From contig NC_091982.1 in the NCBI RefSeq assembly GCF_044704955.1, positions 30,876,001 to 30,940,000 of the forward strand: a stretch of DNA of 64,000 nucleotides. Direction: 5' to 3'. The notes under the pieces are model-generated. The model searched no databases. It was not told the origin of the DNA and saw only the letters and a list, made by a program, of their open reading frames with translations. This document shows positions 50,486 through 64,000 of this stretch, in pieces. The DNA is from Pristiophorus japonicus. Taxonomy: Eukaryota. Each line of letters starts with the position of its first letter. The stretch's first letter is position 1. The position numbers and the translations under genes were made by a program.

Positions 50486-50939
50486 TACACATCACACTGA
50501 GTTAAAGTACGATGGAAGGTGATGGTTATAATTGCACATTTCTGAAATATTAACTCTATAGTCTACCTTGGTCTGATGCCACTGACGATTTGCTCATCAA
50601 GATGAGAACTGCTTGTGCTGGGAAATGGAATACTTTCCAGATCAGGCACTCTGTGAAAGTGTTACAGCTTGCGCGACTTTGCTGATGAGGCCCAAGGCCC
50701 AATTTCCATCAATCCTTGGGCCACTCGATGCGGGTGCATGTTTGAAAACTGTGCAGACAGATCCAAAACAGAATCTAGCCCATATTTTAAGCTATAATTG
50801 CTGTTCTGGATTCCTAAATACACATGCTTTAAACATGTTATTCAGTATGACGGCATGAGACTTCATCAACAATCACAACATTTTACAATTGAAACTTGGT
50901 AAGCTTCACACTAGTTTGCTAAGAAATAGTATGCTCAGA

Positions 50940-51260
50940 ATTCTAGAATCTTACAGCATAGAAGGAGGCCATTTGGGCCATCATGCCTGTTTGAAAAAAG
51001 GCTATTTGAAAGAGCTATCTAATTAGTCCCACTCCACCAAACTATCTCTTCAATTATATATCCAATTCCCTTTTGAAAGTAACCAGCACATCTGCTTCCT
51101 CCACCCTTTCAGGTAGTGCATTCCAGATCAAAACAACTCACTGCATGAAGACATTTCTCCTCATCTCCCCTCTGGTTCTTTTGTCAATTACCGTCAATCT
51201 GTGTCCTTTGGTTACCGACCTGTCCACCAGTGGAAAACAGTTTATTCTTATTTACTCGAT
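50940..51260 (-). mobile_element. Old CR1 3' fragment
   Basis: CATAGAAGGAGGCCATT...TTCCAGATC..AACAACTCACTGC...TTTCTCCTCATCTCC pattern of CR1 ends. Confidence 0.6.
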
Positions 51261-51929
51261 TACTATTACTCCACGCTTGATTTAGAACTGTTATACAAAT
51301 GGCAGTAAATGGGAAGGGTACATTGAATCAGGTACACACAAACAGCAATTTGTTAGGTAGATGTGGTTTGAGTTCATTACACAGGACATCCATCCTGTTG
51401 GGTCTCAGTAAAAGGAGTTACACAATATACACATGGATACTGCTGTAGTGAAAAATATGCCTATAGAGGTCAATAATATGGTCTGAACTTTATGGCAATG
51501 GGAACAGTAGTCTTTGGTTGCTGCGTGTGCCAATTGTGTTAGGAGCTGATCTCTTGCTATAATTTTTGCATAATATTACAATGCTCTGAGAGCACATTAT
51601 CTAGTGCCGTTAGGTTTTAAAGGGGTGCTTTAAAGCTGTACTGCAACCAAGGTAACGAATGAAACCCTTCCAGGTGCAACAGTGGGGACTCCTGCAGTAG
51701 CTAGTGGTGGAGAGGAGGTTAACCCATTTTGAGCAGAGGGGCAACCCCTCTGAAGAGTTGCACAAAGACGACTTGGAGAGAGATAGCAGAAAGAGAGAAT
51801 GGTCTTACCTATAATCAAATAGAAATTTGCTGAGTTACAAACAGTTCCAAAAAGCTAGGAGGTGGGGGGTGCAAGTGTGGTGGACACAGGAGACAGAAAG
51901 GGAAGGGGAGAAGGGGCAGTCAAAGAAGT

Positions 51930-54900
51930 GGAATAGGGGTTGGTGAGAGAGGGGATGGGTAGTGAGAGAGATAGAATAGGGGCTCGTGAGAGAGGGGATG
52001 GGGAGTGAGAGAGATGGAATAGGGTCTATTGAGAGAGGGATGGGTAGTGAGAGAGATAGAATAGAGGCTAGTGAGAGAGGGGATGGGTAGTGAGAGAGAT
52101 GGAATAGGGGTTAGTGAGAGAAAGGATGGTTAGTGAGAGAGATGGAATAGGGGCTAGTGAGAGAGGGGATGGACAGTGAGAGAGATAGAATAGGGGTTAA
52201 TGAGAGAGGGGATGGGTAGTGAGAGAGATAGAATAGGAGCTATTGAGAGATGGGATGGGCAGTGAGAGATATGGAATAGGGGCTAGTGAGAGAGAGGATG
52301 GGTAGTGAGAGAAAGTGAATAGGGGCAAGTGAGAGAGGGGATGGGCAGAGAGAGCGATGGAATAGGGGTTAGTGAGAGTGAGGATGGGCAGTGACAGAAA
52401 GTGAATAGGAGCAAGTGAGAGAGGGGATGGGCAGTGAGAGAGATGGAATAGGGGCTAGTGAGAGAGGGGATGGGCAGTGAGAGAGATAGAATAGGGGCTA
52501 GTGAGAGAGTGGATGCGTAGTGAGAGAGATGGAATAGAGGCTAGTGAGAGTGGGGATGGGTAGTGAGAGAGATGGAATAGGGGCGTGTGGGAGAGTGGAT
52601 GGGGAGTGAGAGAGATGGAATATGGGCTAGTGAGAGAGGGGATGGGCAGTGAGAGAGATGGAAAAAGGGCTAGTGAGAGAGGGGATGGGCAGTGAGAGAG
52701 ATAGAATAGGGGCTAGTGAGAGAGTGGATGCGTAGTGAGAGAGATGGAATCGAGGCTAGTGAGAGTGGGTATGGGTAGTGAGAGAGATAGAATAGGGGCT
52801 AGTGAGAGAGTGGATGGGAAGTGAGAGAGATGGAATATGGACTATTCAGAGAGCGGATGGGCAGTGAGAGAAATAGAATAGGGGCTAGTGAGAGAGGGGA
52901 TGAGTAGTGAGAGAGATGGAATAGGGCTAGTGAGAGAGAGGATGGGTAGTGAGAGAGATAGAATAGGGGTTAGCGAGAGAGGGAATGGGTAGTGAGAGAG
53001 ATGGAATAGGGGTTAATGAGAGAAAAGATGGGCAGTGAGAGAGATAGAATAGGGGCTAGTGAGAGAGCGGATGGGTAGTGAGAGAGATGGAATTGGGCTT
53101 CGTGAGAGAGGATGGGCAGTGAGAGAGATGGAATAGGGGCTAGTGAGAGATGGGATGGGCAGTGAGAGAGATGGAATAGGGGCTAGTGAGAGAGGGGATG
53201 GACAGTGGGAGAGATAGAATAGGGGTTAATGAGAGAGGGGATGGGTAGTGAGAGAGATAGAATAGGAGCTATTGAGAGATGGGATGGGCAGTGAGAGAGA
53301 TGGAATAGGGGCTAGTGAGAGAGAGGATGGGTAGTGAGAGAAAGTGAATAGGGGCAAGTGAGAGAGGGGATGGGCAGAGAGAGCGATGGAATAGGGGTTA
53401 GTGAGAGTGAGGATGGGCAGTGACAGAAAGTGAATAGGAGCAAGTGAGAGAGGGGATGGGCAGTGAGAGAGATGGAATCGAGGCTAGTGAGAGTGGGGAT
53501 GGGTAGTGAGAGAGATAGAATAGGGGCTAGTGAGAGAGGGGATGGGTAGTAAGAGAGATGGAATAGAGGCTAGTGAGAGAGTGGATGGGCAGTGAGAGAG
53601 ATAGAATAGGGGCTAATGAGAGAAAGGATGGGTAGTGAGAGAAATAGAATGGAGGCTAGTGAGAGAGGGGATGAGTAGTGAGAGAAATAGAATAAGGGCT
53701 AGTGAGAGAGGGGATGGGGAGTGAGAGAGATGGAATAAGGGCTAGTGAGAGAGGGGACGGGTAGTGAGAGGGAGAGAATAAGGGTGAGTGAGTGAGGGGA
53801 TGGGTAGTGAGAGAGAGAGAATAGGGGTGAGTGAGGGGGGATGGGTAGTGAGAGAGATGGAATAGGGGTGAGTGAGAGGGGGGATGTGTAGTGAGAGAGA
53901 TGGAATAGGGGTGAGTGAGAGAGGGGATGGTTAGTGAGAGAGAAGGAATAGGGGTGAGTAAGAGGGGGGATGGGTAGTGAGAGAGATGGAACGGGGCTAG
54001 TGATAGACGGGATGGGTAGTGAGAGAGATCGAATAGGGGTTAATGAGAGAGGGGATGGTAGTGAGAGAGATAGAATAGAGCCTAGTGAGAGAGGGAATGG
54101 GCAGTGAGAGAGATAGAATAGAGGCTAGTGAGAGAAAGGATGGGCAGTGAGAGAGATGGAATATGGATTATTCAGAGAGCGGATGGGCAGTGAGAGAAAT
54201 AGAATAGGGGCTAGTGAGAGAGGGGATGAGTAGTGAGAGAGATGGAATAGGGCTAGTGAGAGAGAGGATGGGTAGTGAGAGAGATAGAATAGGGGTTAGC
54301 GAGAGAGGGAATGGGTAGTGAGAGAGATGGAATAGGGGTTAGTGAGAGAAAGGATGGGCAGTGAGAGAGATAGAATAGGGGCTAGTGAGAGAGAGGATGG
54401 GTAGTGAGAGAGATAGAATAGGGGTTAGTGAGAGAGCGGATGGGTAGTGAGAGAGATGGAATTCGGCTTCGTGAGAGAGGATGGGCAGTGAGAGAGATGG
54501 AATAGGGGCTAGTGAGAGATGGGATGGGCAGTGAGAGAGATGGAATAGGGGCTAGTGAGAGAGGGGATGGACAGTGGGAGAGATAGAATAGGGGTTAATG
54601 AGAGAGGGGATGGGTAGTGAGAGAGATAGAATAGGAGCTATTGAGAGATGGGATGGGCAGTGAGAGAGATGGAATAGGGGCTAGTGAGAGAGAGGATGGG
54701 TAGTGAGAGAAAGTGAATAGGGGCAAGTGAGAGAGGGGATGGGCAGAGAGAGCGATGGAATAGGGGTTAGTGAGAGTGAGGATGGGCAGTGACAGAAAGT
54801 GAATAGGAGCAAGTGAGAGAGGGGATGGGGAGTGAGAGAGATGGAATAGAGGCTAGTGAGAGAGGGGATGGGTAGTGAGAGAGATAGAAGAGGAGCTAAT

Positions 54901-57900
54901 GAGAGAAAGGATGGTTAGTGAGAGAGATGGAATCGGGTTTAGTGAGAGAAAGCATGGGTAGTGAGAGAAATAGAATAGGGGTTAGTGAGAGAGTGGATGG
55001 GTAGTGAGAGAGATGGAATGGAGGCTGGTGAGAGAGGGGATGGGTAGTAAGAGAGATGGAATAGAGGCTAGTGAGAGAGTGGATGGGCAGTGAGAGAGAT
55101 AGAATAGGGGCTAATGAGAGAAAGGATGGGTAGTGAGAGAAATAGAATGGAGGCTAGTGAGAGAGGGGATGAGTAGTGAGAGAAATAGAATAGGGGCTAG
55201 TGAGAGAGGGGATGGGGAGTGAGAGAGATGGAATAGAGGCTAGTGAGAGAGGGGATGGGCAGTGAGAGAGATAGAATAGGGGCTAATGAGAGAAAGGATG
55301 GTTAGTGAGAGAGATGGAATCGGGTTTAGTGATAGAAAGCATGGGTAGTGAGAGAAATAGAATAGGGGTTAGTGAGAGAGTGGATGGGTAGTGAGAGAGA
55401 TAGAATAGGGGCTAGTGAGAGAGGGGATGGGTAGTGAGAGAGATAGAATAGGGGCTAGTGAGAGAGTGGATGGGTAGTGAGAGAGATGGAATAGAGGCTA
55501 GTGAGAGAGGGGATGGGTAGTGAGAGAGATAGAATAGGGGCTAGTGAGAGAGTGGATGGGTAGTGAGAGAGATGGAATAGAGGCTAGTGATAGAGGTGAT
55601 AGGTAGTGAGAGAGATGGAATAGAGGCTAGTGAGAGAGGGGATGGGCAGTGAGAGAGATAGAATAGGGGCTAATGAGAGAAAGGATGGTTAGTGAGAGAG
55701 ATGGAATAGGGTATAGTGAGAGAAAGGATGGGTAGTGAGAGAAATAGAACGGAGGCGAGTGAGAGAGGGGATGGGTAGTGAGAGAGATAGAATAGGAGCT
55801 AGTGAGAGAGGGGATGGGGAGTGAGAGAGATGGAATAGGGGCTAGTGAGAGAGAGTGGACGGGTAGTGAGAGAGAGAGAATAGGGGTGAGTGAGAGGGGG
55901 GATGGGTAGTGAGAGAGATGGAATGGGGGTGAGTGATAGGGGGGATGGGTAGTGAGAGAGATGAAATGGGGCTAGTGAGAGAGGGGATGGGTAGTGAGAG
56001 AGAGAGAGAATAGGGATGAGTGAGAGGGGGGATGGGTAGTGAGAGAGATGGAATGGGGCTGAGTGATAGGGGGGATGGGTAGTGAGAGAGATGGAATAGG
56101 GGTGAGTGAGAGAGGGGATGGGCAGTGAGAGAGATGGAATAGGGGTGAGTGAGAGGGGGGATGGGTAGTGAGAGAGATGGAATGGGGCTAGTGATAGAGG
56201 GGATGGGTAGTGAGAAAGATGGAATATGGGTTAGTGAGAGAGAGGATGGGTAGTGAGAGAGATAGAATAGGGTTTAGTGAGTGAGTGGATGGGCCGTGAG
56301 AGAGATGGAATAGGGGCTAATGAGAGAGGGGATGGCTGGTGAGAGAGATAGAATAGGGTTTATTGAGAGAGGAGATGGGCAGTGAGAGAGATGGAATAGG
56401 GGCTAGTGAGAGATGGGATGGGCAGTGAGAGAGATGGAATATGGGCTAGTGAGAGATGGGATGGGCAGTGAGAGAGATGGAATTGGGGCGAGTGAGAGAG
56501 AGGATGGGTAGTGAGAGAAAGTGAATAGGGGCAAGTGAGAGAGGGGATGGGCAGAGAGAGCGATGGAATAGGGATTAGTGAGAGTGAGGATGGGCAGTGA
56601 GAGAAAGTGAATAGGGGCAAGTGAGAGAGGGGATGGGCAGTGACAGAGATGGAAAAAGGGCTAGTGAGAGAGGGGATGGGCAGTGAGAGAGATAGAATAG
56701 GGGCTAGTGAGAGAGTGGATGCGTAGTGAGAAAGATGGAATAGAGGCTAGTGAGAGAGGGGATGGGTAGTACGAGAGATGGAATAGAGGCTAGTGAGAGA
56801 GGGGATGGGCAGTGAGAGAGATAGAATAGGGGCTAATGAGAGAAAGGATGGATAGTGAGAGAAATAGAATAGAGGCTAGTGAGAGAGGGGATGGGTAGTA
56901 CGAGAGATGGAATAGAGGCTAGTGAGAGAGGGGATGGGCAGTGAGAGAGATAGAATAGGGGCTAATGAGAGAAAGGATGGTTAGAGGGAGAGAGATGGAA
57001 AAGGGGTTAGTGAGAGAAAGGATGGGTAGTGAGAGAGATAGAATAGGGGCTAGTGAGTGAGTGGATGGGTAGTGAGAGAGATGGAATAGAGGCTAGTGAG
57101 AGAGGGGATGGGTAGTACGAGAGATGGAATAGAGGCTAGTGAGAGAGGGGATGGGCAGTGAGAGAGATAGAATAGGGGCTAATGAGAGAAAGGATGGATA
57201 GTGAGAGAAATAGAATAGAGGCTAGTGAGAGAGGGGATGAGTAGTGGGAGAAATAGAATAGGCGCTAGTGAGAGAGGGGATGGGGAGTGAGAGAGAGAAA
57301 ATAGGGGTGAGTGAGAGGGGTAATGGGTAGTGAGAGAGATGGAATAGGGGTGAGTGAGAGAGGGGATGGGTAGTGAGAGAGATGGAAAAGGGGTGAGTGA
57401 GAGGGGGAATGGGTAGTGAGAGAGATGGAATGGGGCGAGTGATAGAGGGGATGGGTAGTGAGAGAGATGGAATATGGGTTAGTGAGAGAAAGGATGGTTA
57501 TGAGAGAAATGGAATAGGGGCTAGGGAGAGAGGGGATGGGCAGTGAGAGAGATCGAATAGGGGTTAATGAGAGAGGGGATGGGTAGTGAGAGAGATAGAA
57601 TAGAGCCTAGTGAGAGAGAAGATGGGTAGTGAGAGAGATAGAATAGGGTTTAGTGAGAGAGTGGATGGGCAGTGAGAGAGATGGAATAGGGGCTAATGAG
57701 AGAGGGGATGGGTGGTGAGAGAGATAGAATAGGGTTTAGTGAGAGAGGGGATGGGCAGTGAGAGACATGGAATAGAGGCTAGTGAGAGAGGGATGGGTAG
57801 AGAGGGAGATGGAATAGGGGCTAGTGAGAGAGGAGATGGGTAGTGAGAGAGATGGAATTAGGGTTAGTGAGAGAGGGAATGGGTAGTGAGAGAGATAGAA

Positions 57901-60900
57901 TAGAGGCTAGTGAGAGAAAGGATGGGCAGTGAGAGAGATGGAATATGGGCTAGTCAGAGAGCGGATGGGCAGTGACAGAGATGGAATAGGGGTGAGTGAG
58001 AGGGGGGTTGGGCAGTGAGAGAAATAGAATAGGGGCTAGTGAGAGAGGGGATGGGTAATGAGAGAGATGGAATAGGGGCTAGTGAGAGAGAGGATGGCTA
58101 GTGAGAGAGATAGAATAGGGGTTAGTGAGAGAGTGGATGGGTAGTGAGAGAAATGGAATTGGGGTTAGTGAGAGAGGATGGGCAGTGAGAGAGATGGAAT
58201 AGGGGCTAGTGAGAGAGGGGATGGGCAGAGAGAGAGATGGAATAGGGGCTAGTGAGAGAGGGGATGGGTAGGGAGAGAGATGGAATAGGGGTTAGTGAGA
58301 GGGAGGATGGGGAGTCAGAGAGATGGAATCAGGGTTAGTGAGAGAGTGGATGCGTAGTGAGAGAGATGGAATTGGGGCTAGTGAGAGAGGGGATGGGCAG
58401 AGAGAGAGATGGATTAGGGGCTAGTGAGAGAGGGGATGGGTAGGGAGAGAGATGGAATAGGGGTTAGTGAGATGGGGATGGGTAGTGAGAGAGATGGAAT
58501 AGGGGTTAGTGAGAGAGGGGATGGGCAGTGAGAGAAAGTGAATAGGAGTTAGTGAGTGAGGGGATGGGCAGAGAGAGAGATGGAATAGGGACGAGTGCGA
58601 GAGGGGATTTGCAGTGAGAGAGAGAGAGAATAGGGGTGAGTGAGAGGGGGGATGGATAGTGAGAGAGATGGAATAGGGGTGAGTGAGAGGGGGGATGGGT
58701 AGTGAGAGAGATGGAATAGGGGTGAGTGAGAGAGGGGATGGGTAGTGAGAGAGATAGAATAGGGGTTAATGAGAGAGGGGATGGATAGTGAGAGAGATAG
58801 AATAGAGCCTAGTGAGAGAGAGGATGGGTAGTGAGAGAGATAGAATAGGGTTTCGTGAGAGAGTGGATGGGCCGTGAGAGAGATGCAATAGGGGCTAATG
58901 AGAGAGAGGATGGGTGGTGAGAGAGATAGAATAGGGTTGAGTAAGAGAGGGCATGGGCAGTGAGAGAGATGGAATAGGGGCTAGTGAGAGAGGGATGGGT
59001 AGAGAGAGAGATGGAATAGGGGCTAGTGAGAGAGGGGATGGGCAGTGACAGAGATGGAATAGGGGTGAGTGAGAGGGGGGATGGGTAGTGAGAGAGATGG
59101 AATGGGATTAGTGATAGAGGGGATGGGTAGTGAGAGAGCTGGAATATTGATTAGTGAGAGAAAGGATGGTTATGAGAGAAATGGAATAGGGGCTAGTGAG
59201 AGAGGGGATGGGCAGTGAGAGAGATAGAATAGGGGTTAATGAGAGAGGGGATGGGTAGTGAGAGAGATAGAATAGAGCCTAGTGAGAGAGAGAATGGGTA
59301 GTGAGAGAGATAGAATAGGGTGTAGTGAGAGAGTGGATGGGCAGTGAGAGAGATACAATAGGGGCTAATGAGAGAGGGGATGGGTGGTGAGAGAGATAGA
59401 ATAGGGTTTATTGAGAGAGGGGATGGGCAGTGAGAGAGATGGAATAGGGACTAGTGAGAGATGGGATGGGCAATGAGAGAGATGGAATATGGGCTCGTGA
59501 GAGATGGGATGGGCAGTGAGAGAGATGGAATAGGGGCTAGTGAGAGAGAGGATGGGTAGTGAGAGAAAGTGAATAGGGGCAAGTGAGAGAGGGGATGGGC
59601 AGAGAGAGCGATGGAATAGGGATTAGTGAGAGTGAGGATGGGCAGTGAGAGAAAGTGAATAGGGGCAAGTGAGAGAGGGGATGGGCAGTGACAGAGATGG
59701 AAAAAGGGCTAGTGAGAGAGGGGATGGGCAGTGAGAGAGATATAATAGGGGCTAGTGAGAGAGTGGATGGGGAGTGAGAGAGATGGAATAGAGGCTAGTG
59801 AGAGAGGGGATGGGTAGTGAGAGAGCTAGAAGAGGGGCTAATGAGAGAAAGGATGGTTAGTGAGAGAGATGGAATCGGCTTTAGTGAGAGAAAGCATGGG
59901 TAGTGAGAGAAATAGAATAGGGGTTAGTGAGAGAGTGGATGGGTAGTGAAAGAGATGGAATAGAGGCTAGTGAGAGAGGGGATGGGTAGTGAGAGAGATA
60001 GAATAGGGGCTCGTGAGAGAGTGGATGGGTAGTGAGAGAGATGGAATGGAGGCTAGTGAGAGAGGGGATGGGTAGTAAGAGAGATGGAATAGAGGCTAGT
60101 GAGAGAGTGGATGGGCAGTGAGAGAGATAGAATAGGGGCTAATGAGAGAAAGGATGGGTAGTGAGAGAAATAGAATGGAGGCTAGTGAGAGAGGGGATGA
60201 GTAGTGAGAGAAATAGAATAGGGGCTAGTGAGAGAGGGGATGGGGAGTGAGAGAGATGGAATAGGGGCTAGTGAGAGAGGGGACGGGTGGTGAGAGAGAG
60301 AGAATAAGGGTGAGTGAGTGAGGGGATGGGTAGTGAGAGAGAGAGAATAGGGGTGAGTGAGGGGGGGTAAGGTAGTGAGAGAGATGGAATAGGGGTGAGT
60401 GAGAGAGGGGATGGGTAGTGAGAGAGATGGAATAGGAGTGAGTGAGAGGTCGGATGGGTAGTGAGAGAGATGGAATGGGGCTAGTGATAGACGGGATGGG
60501 TAGTGAGAGAGATGGAATATTGGTTAGTGAGAGAAAGGATGGTTATGAGAGAAATGGAATAGGGGCTAGGGAGAGAGGGGATGGGCAGTGAGAGAGATCG
60601 AATAGGGGTTAATGAGAGAGGGGATGGTAGTGAGAGAGATAGAATAGAGCCTAGTGAGAGAGGGAATGGGCAGTGAGAGAGATAGAATAGAGGCTAGTGA
60701 GAGAAAGGATGGGCAGTGAGAGAGATGGAATATGGACTATTCAGAGAGCGGATGGGCAGTGACAGAGATGGAATAGGGGTGAGTGAGAGGGGGGATGGGC
60801 AGTGAGAGAAATAGAATAGGGGCTAGTGAGAGAGGGGATGAGTAGTGAGTGAGATGGAATAGGGGCTAGTGAGAGAGAGGATGGGTAGTGAGAGAGATAG

Positions 60901-63900
60901 AATAGGGGTTAGCGAGAGAGGGAATGGGTAGTGAGAGAGATGGAATAGAGGCTAGTGAGAGAAAGGATGGGCAGTGAGAGAGATAGAATAGGGGTTAGTG
61001 AGAGAGAGGATGGGTAGTGAGAGAGATAGAATAGATCCTAGTGAGAGAGAGGATGGGTAGTGAGAGACATAGAATAGGGGCTAGTGAGAGAGAGGATGGG
61101 TAGTGAGAGAGATAGAATAGGGGCTAGTGAGAGAGCGGATGGGTAGTGAGAGAGATGGAATTGGGGTTCGTGAGAGGGGATGGGCAGTGAGAGAGATGGA
61201 ATAGGGGCTAGTGAGAGAGGGATGGGTAGAGAGAGAGATGGAATAGGGGCTAGTGACAGAGGGGATGGGAAGTGAGAGAAAGTGAATAGGAGTTAGTGAG
61301 AGAGGGGATGGGCAGAGAGAGAGATGGAATAGGGACGAGTGAGAGAGGGGATGGGCAGTGAGAGAGATGGAATATGGGCTAGTGAGAGAGGGGATGGGTA
61401 GTGAGAGAGATGGAAGAGGGGCTAGTGAGAGAAAGGATGGCTAGTGAGAGAAATAGAATAGAGGTTGCTGAGAAAGGGGATGGGTAGTGAGAGTGAAAGG
61501 GATCGACAAGATAGAGGCAGAGAGGTTGTTTCAATTATTCGGTGAGACTAGAACTCGGGGGCACAGCCTCAAAATACGGGGGAGCCAATTTAAAACCGAG
61601 TTGAGAAGGAATTTCTTCTCCCAGAGGGTTGTGAATGTGTGGAATTCTCTGCCCAAGGAAGCAGTTGAAGCTAGCTCATTGAATGTATTCAAATCACAAA
61701 TAGATAGTTTTTTTAACCAATAAGGGAATTAAGGGTTATGGGGAGCGGGTGGGTAAGTGGAGCTGAGACCACGGCCAGATCAGCCATGATCTTTTTGAAT
61801 GGCGGAGCGGGCTCGAGGGACTAGATGGCCTACTCCTGTTTCAAATTCTTATGTTTTTTTGTTCTTATGTCGATAGAATAGGGGCTAGTGAGAGAAAGGA
61901 TGGGTAGTGAGAGAAATAGAATAGTGGCTAGTGAGAGAGGGGCTGGGTAGTGAGAGAGATGGAATAGGGGCTAGTGAGAGAGGGGATGGGTAGTGAGAGA
62001 GATAGAATAGGGGCTAGTGAGAGAGGGGATGGGTGGTGAGAGAGATGGAATAGAGGTGAGTGAGAGAGGGGATGGGTAGTGAGAGAGATGGAATAGGGGT
62101 GAGTGAGAGGGGGGATGGGTAGTGAGAGAGATGGAATAGGGGCTAGTGATAGAGGGGATGGGTAGTGAGAAAGATGGAATATGGGTTAGTGAGAGAAAGG
62201 ATGGTTATGAGAGAAATGGAATAGGGGCTAGTGAGAGAGGGAATGGGCAGTGAGAGAGATAGAATAGGGGCTAATGAGAGAGGGGATGGGTGGTGAGAGA
62301 GATAGAATAGGGTTGAGTGAGAGAGGGGATGGGCAGTGAGAGAGATGGAATAGGGGCTAGTGAGAGAGGGATGGGTAGAGAGAGAGATGGAATTAGGGTT
62401 AGTGAGAGAGGGAATAGGTAGTGAGAGAGATAGAATAGAGGCTAGTGAGAGAAAGGATGGGCAGTGAGAGAGATGGAATAGGGGCTAGTCAGAGAGGGGA
62501 TGGGCAGTGACAGAGATGGAATAGGGGTGAGTGAGAGGGGGGATGGGTAGTGAGAGAGATGGAATGGGACTAGTGATAGAGGAGATGGGTAGTGAGAGAG
62601 ATGGAATATGGGTTAGTGAGAAAAAGGATGGTTATGAGAGAAATGGAATAGGGGCTAGTGAGAGAGGGGATGGGCAGTGAGAGAGATAGAATAGGGGTCA
62701 ATGAGAGAGGGGATGGGTAGTGAGAGAGATAGAATAGAGCCTAGTGAGAGAGAGGTTGGGTAGTGAGAGAGATAGAATAGGGTGTAGTGAGAGAGTGGAT
62801 GGGCAGTGAGAGAGATGGAATAGGGGCTAATGAGAGAGGGGATGGGTGGTGAGAGAGATAGAATAGGGTTTATTGAGAGAGGGGATGGGCAGTGAGAGAG
62901 ATGGAATAGGGGCTAGTGAGAGATGGGATGGGCAATGAGAGAGATGGAATATGGGCTAGTGAGAGATGGGATGGGCAGTGAGAGAGATGGAAAAGGGGCT
63001 AGTGAGAGAGGATGGGTAGTGAGAGAAAGTGAATAGGGACAAGTGAGAGAGGGGATGGGCAGAGAGAGCGATGGAATAGGGATTAGTGAGAGTGAGGATG
63101 GGCAGTGAGAGAAAGTGAATAGGGGCAAGTGAGAGAGGGGATGGGCAGTGACAGAGATGGAAAAAGGGCTAGTGAGAGAGGGGATGGGCAGTGAGAGAGA
63201 TAGAATAGGGGCTAGTGAGAGAGTGGATGGGGAGTGAGAGAGATGGAATAGAGGCTAGTGAGAGAGGGGATGGGTAGTGAGAGAGATAGAATAGGGGCTA
63301 GTGAGAGAGTGGATGGGGAGTGAGAGAGATGGAATAGAGGCTAGTGAGAGAGGGGATGGGTAGTGAGAGAGATAGAAAAGGGGCTAATGAGAGAAAGGAT
63401 GGTTAGTGAGAGAGATGAAATCGGGTTTAGTGAGAGAAAGCATGGGTAGTGAGAGAAATAGAATAGGGGTTAGTGAGAGAGTGGATTGGTAGTGAGAGAG
63501 ATGGAATAGAGGCTAGTGAGAGAGGGGATGGGTAGTGAGAGAGATAGAATAGGGGCTCGTGAGAGAGTGGATGGGTAGTGAGAGAGATAGAATGGAGGCT
63601 AGTGAGAGAGGGGATGGGTAGTAAGAGAGATGGAATAGAGGCTAGTGAGAGAGGGGATGGGTAGTGAGAGAGATGGAATTGGGGTTCGTGAGAGAGGATG
63701 GGCAGTGAGAGAGATGGAATAGGGGCTAGTGAGAGAGGGGATGGGCAGAGAGAGATGGAATAGGGGCTCGTGACAGAGGGGATGGGCAGTGAGAGAAAGT
63801 GAATAGGAGTTAGTGAGAGAGGGGATGGGCAGAGAGAGAGATGGAATAGGGACGAGTGAGAGAGGGAATGGGCAGTGAGAGAGATGGAATATGGGCTAGT

Positions 63901-64000
63901 GAGAGAGGGGATGGGTAGTGAGAGAGATGGAAGAGGGGCTAGTGAGAGAAAGGATGGCTAGTGAGAGAAATAGAATAGAGGCTGCTGAGAGAGGGGATGG
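51930..64000. repeat. 43-bp tandem satellite/minisatellite array, roughly 270 units, open at the window end
   Basis: Consensus GGGGATGGGTAGTGAGAGAGATGGAATAGGGGCTAGTGAGAGA. Period measured from 51951 to 51994; copy number estimated from length. Confidence 0.97.
61494..61870 (+). mobile_element. CR1 3' fragment inserted in the satellite
   Basis: KGIDKIEAERLF...TRGHSLKIRGSQF...WNSLPKEAVEA with TTCTTATG tail. Same subfamily as 4364-4740. Confidence 0.92.

Noticed and set aside
50682-50703. CTGATGA-GGCC-CAA-GGCC hammerhead-like core
   Set aside because: The required GAAA is CAAT and no flanking stems are evident.
56360-63128. Two near-identical ORFs (MPLFTFSHCP...)
   Set aside because: Translations of duplicated satellite blocks.
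51930-64000. CRISPR-like repeat array
   Set aside because: Contiguous tandem units with no unique spacers, no cas genes, and a vertebrate context.

Overview
Eukaryotic vertebrate genomic DNA, very likely a shark or other chondrichthyan (inferred from the CR1, DeuSINE, RTE and Harbinger repeat set). The only host gene is the 3' end of a VEGF receptor on the + strand, best matching KDRL/VEGFR4. Its last four coding exons (3549-3682, 3873-3963, 13617-13717, 25723-25936) splice in frame with GT-AG junctions. The rest is nested transposons: a Gypsy LTR element, CR1, L2, RTE and Tx1 LINEs, SINEs, Tigger/pogo, hAT and PIF/Harbinger elements (including a decayed two-gene Harbinger), plus a >12 kb purine-rich 43-bp tandem array running off the right end. 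Most notable oddities: a partial duplicate of a KDRL exon that has a new in-frame acceptor (possible mutually exclusive exon); two RTE insertions with twin-priming-like 5' inversions at nearly the same internal site; and a MITE whose interior is a patchwork of neighbouring sequence. No CRISPR, rRNA or tRNA genes were seen, and nothing here is confidently a new multi-gene system. All calls come from reading the sequence and recalling family motifs; no searches were run.
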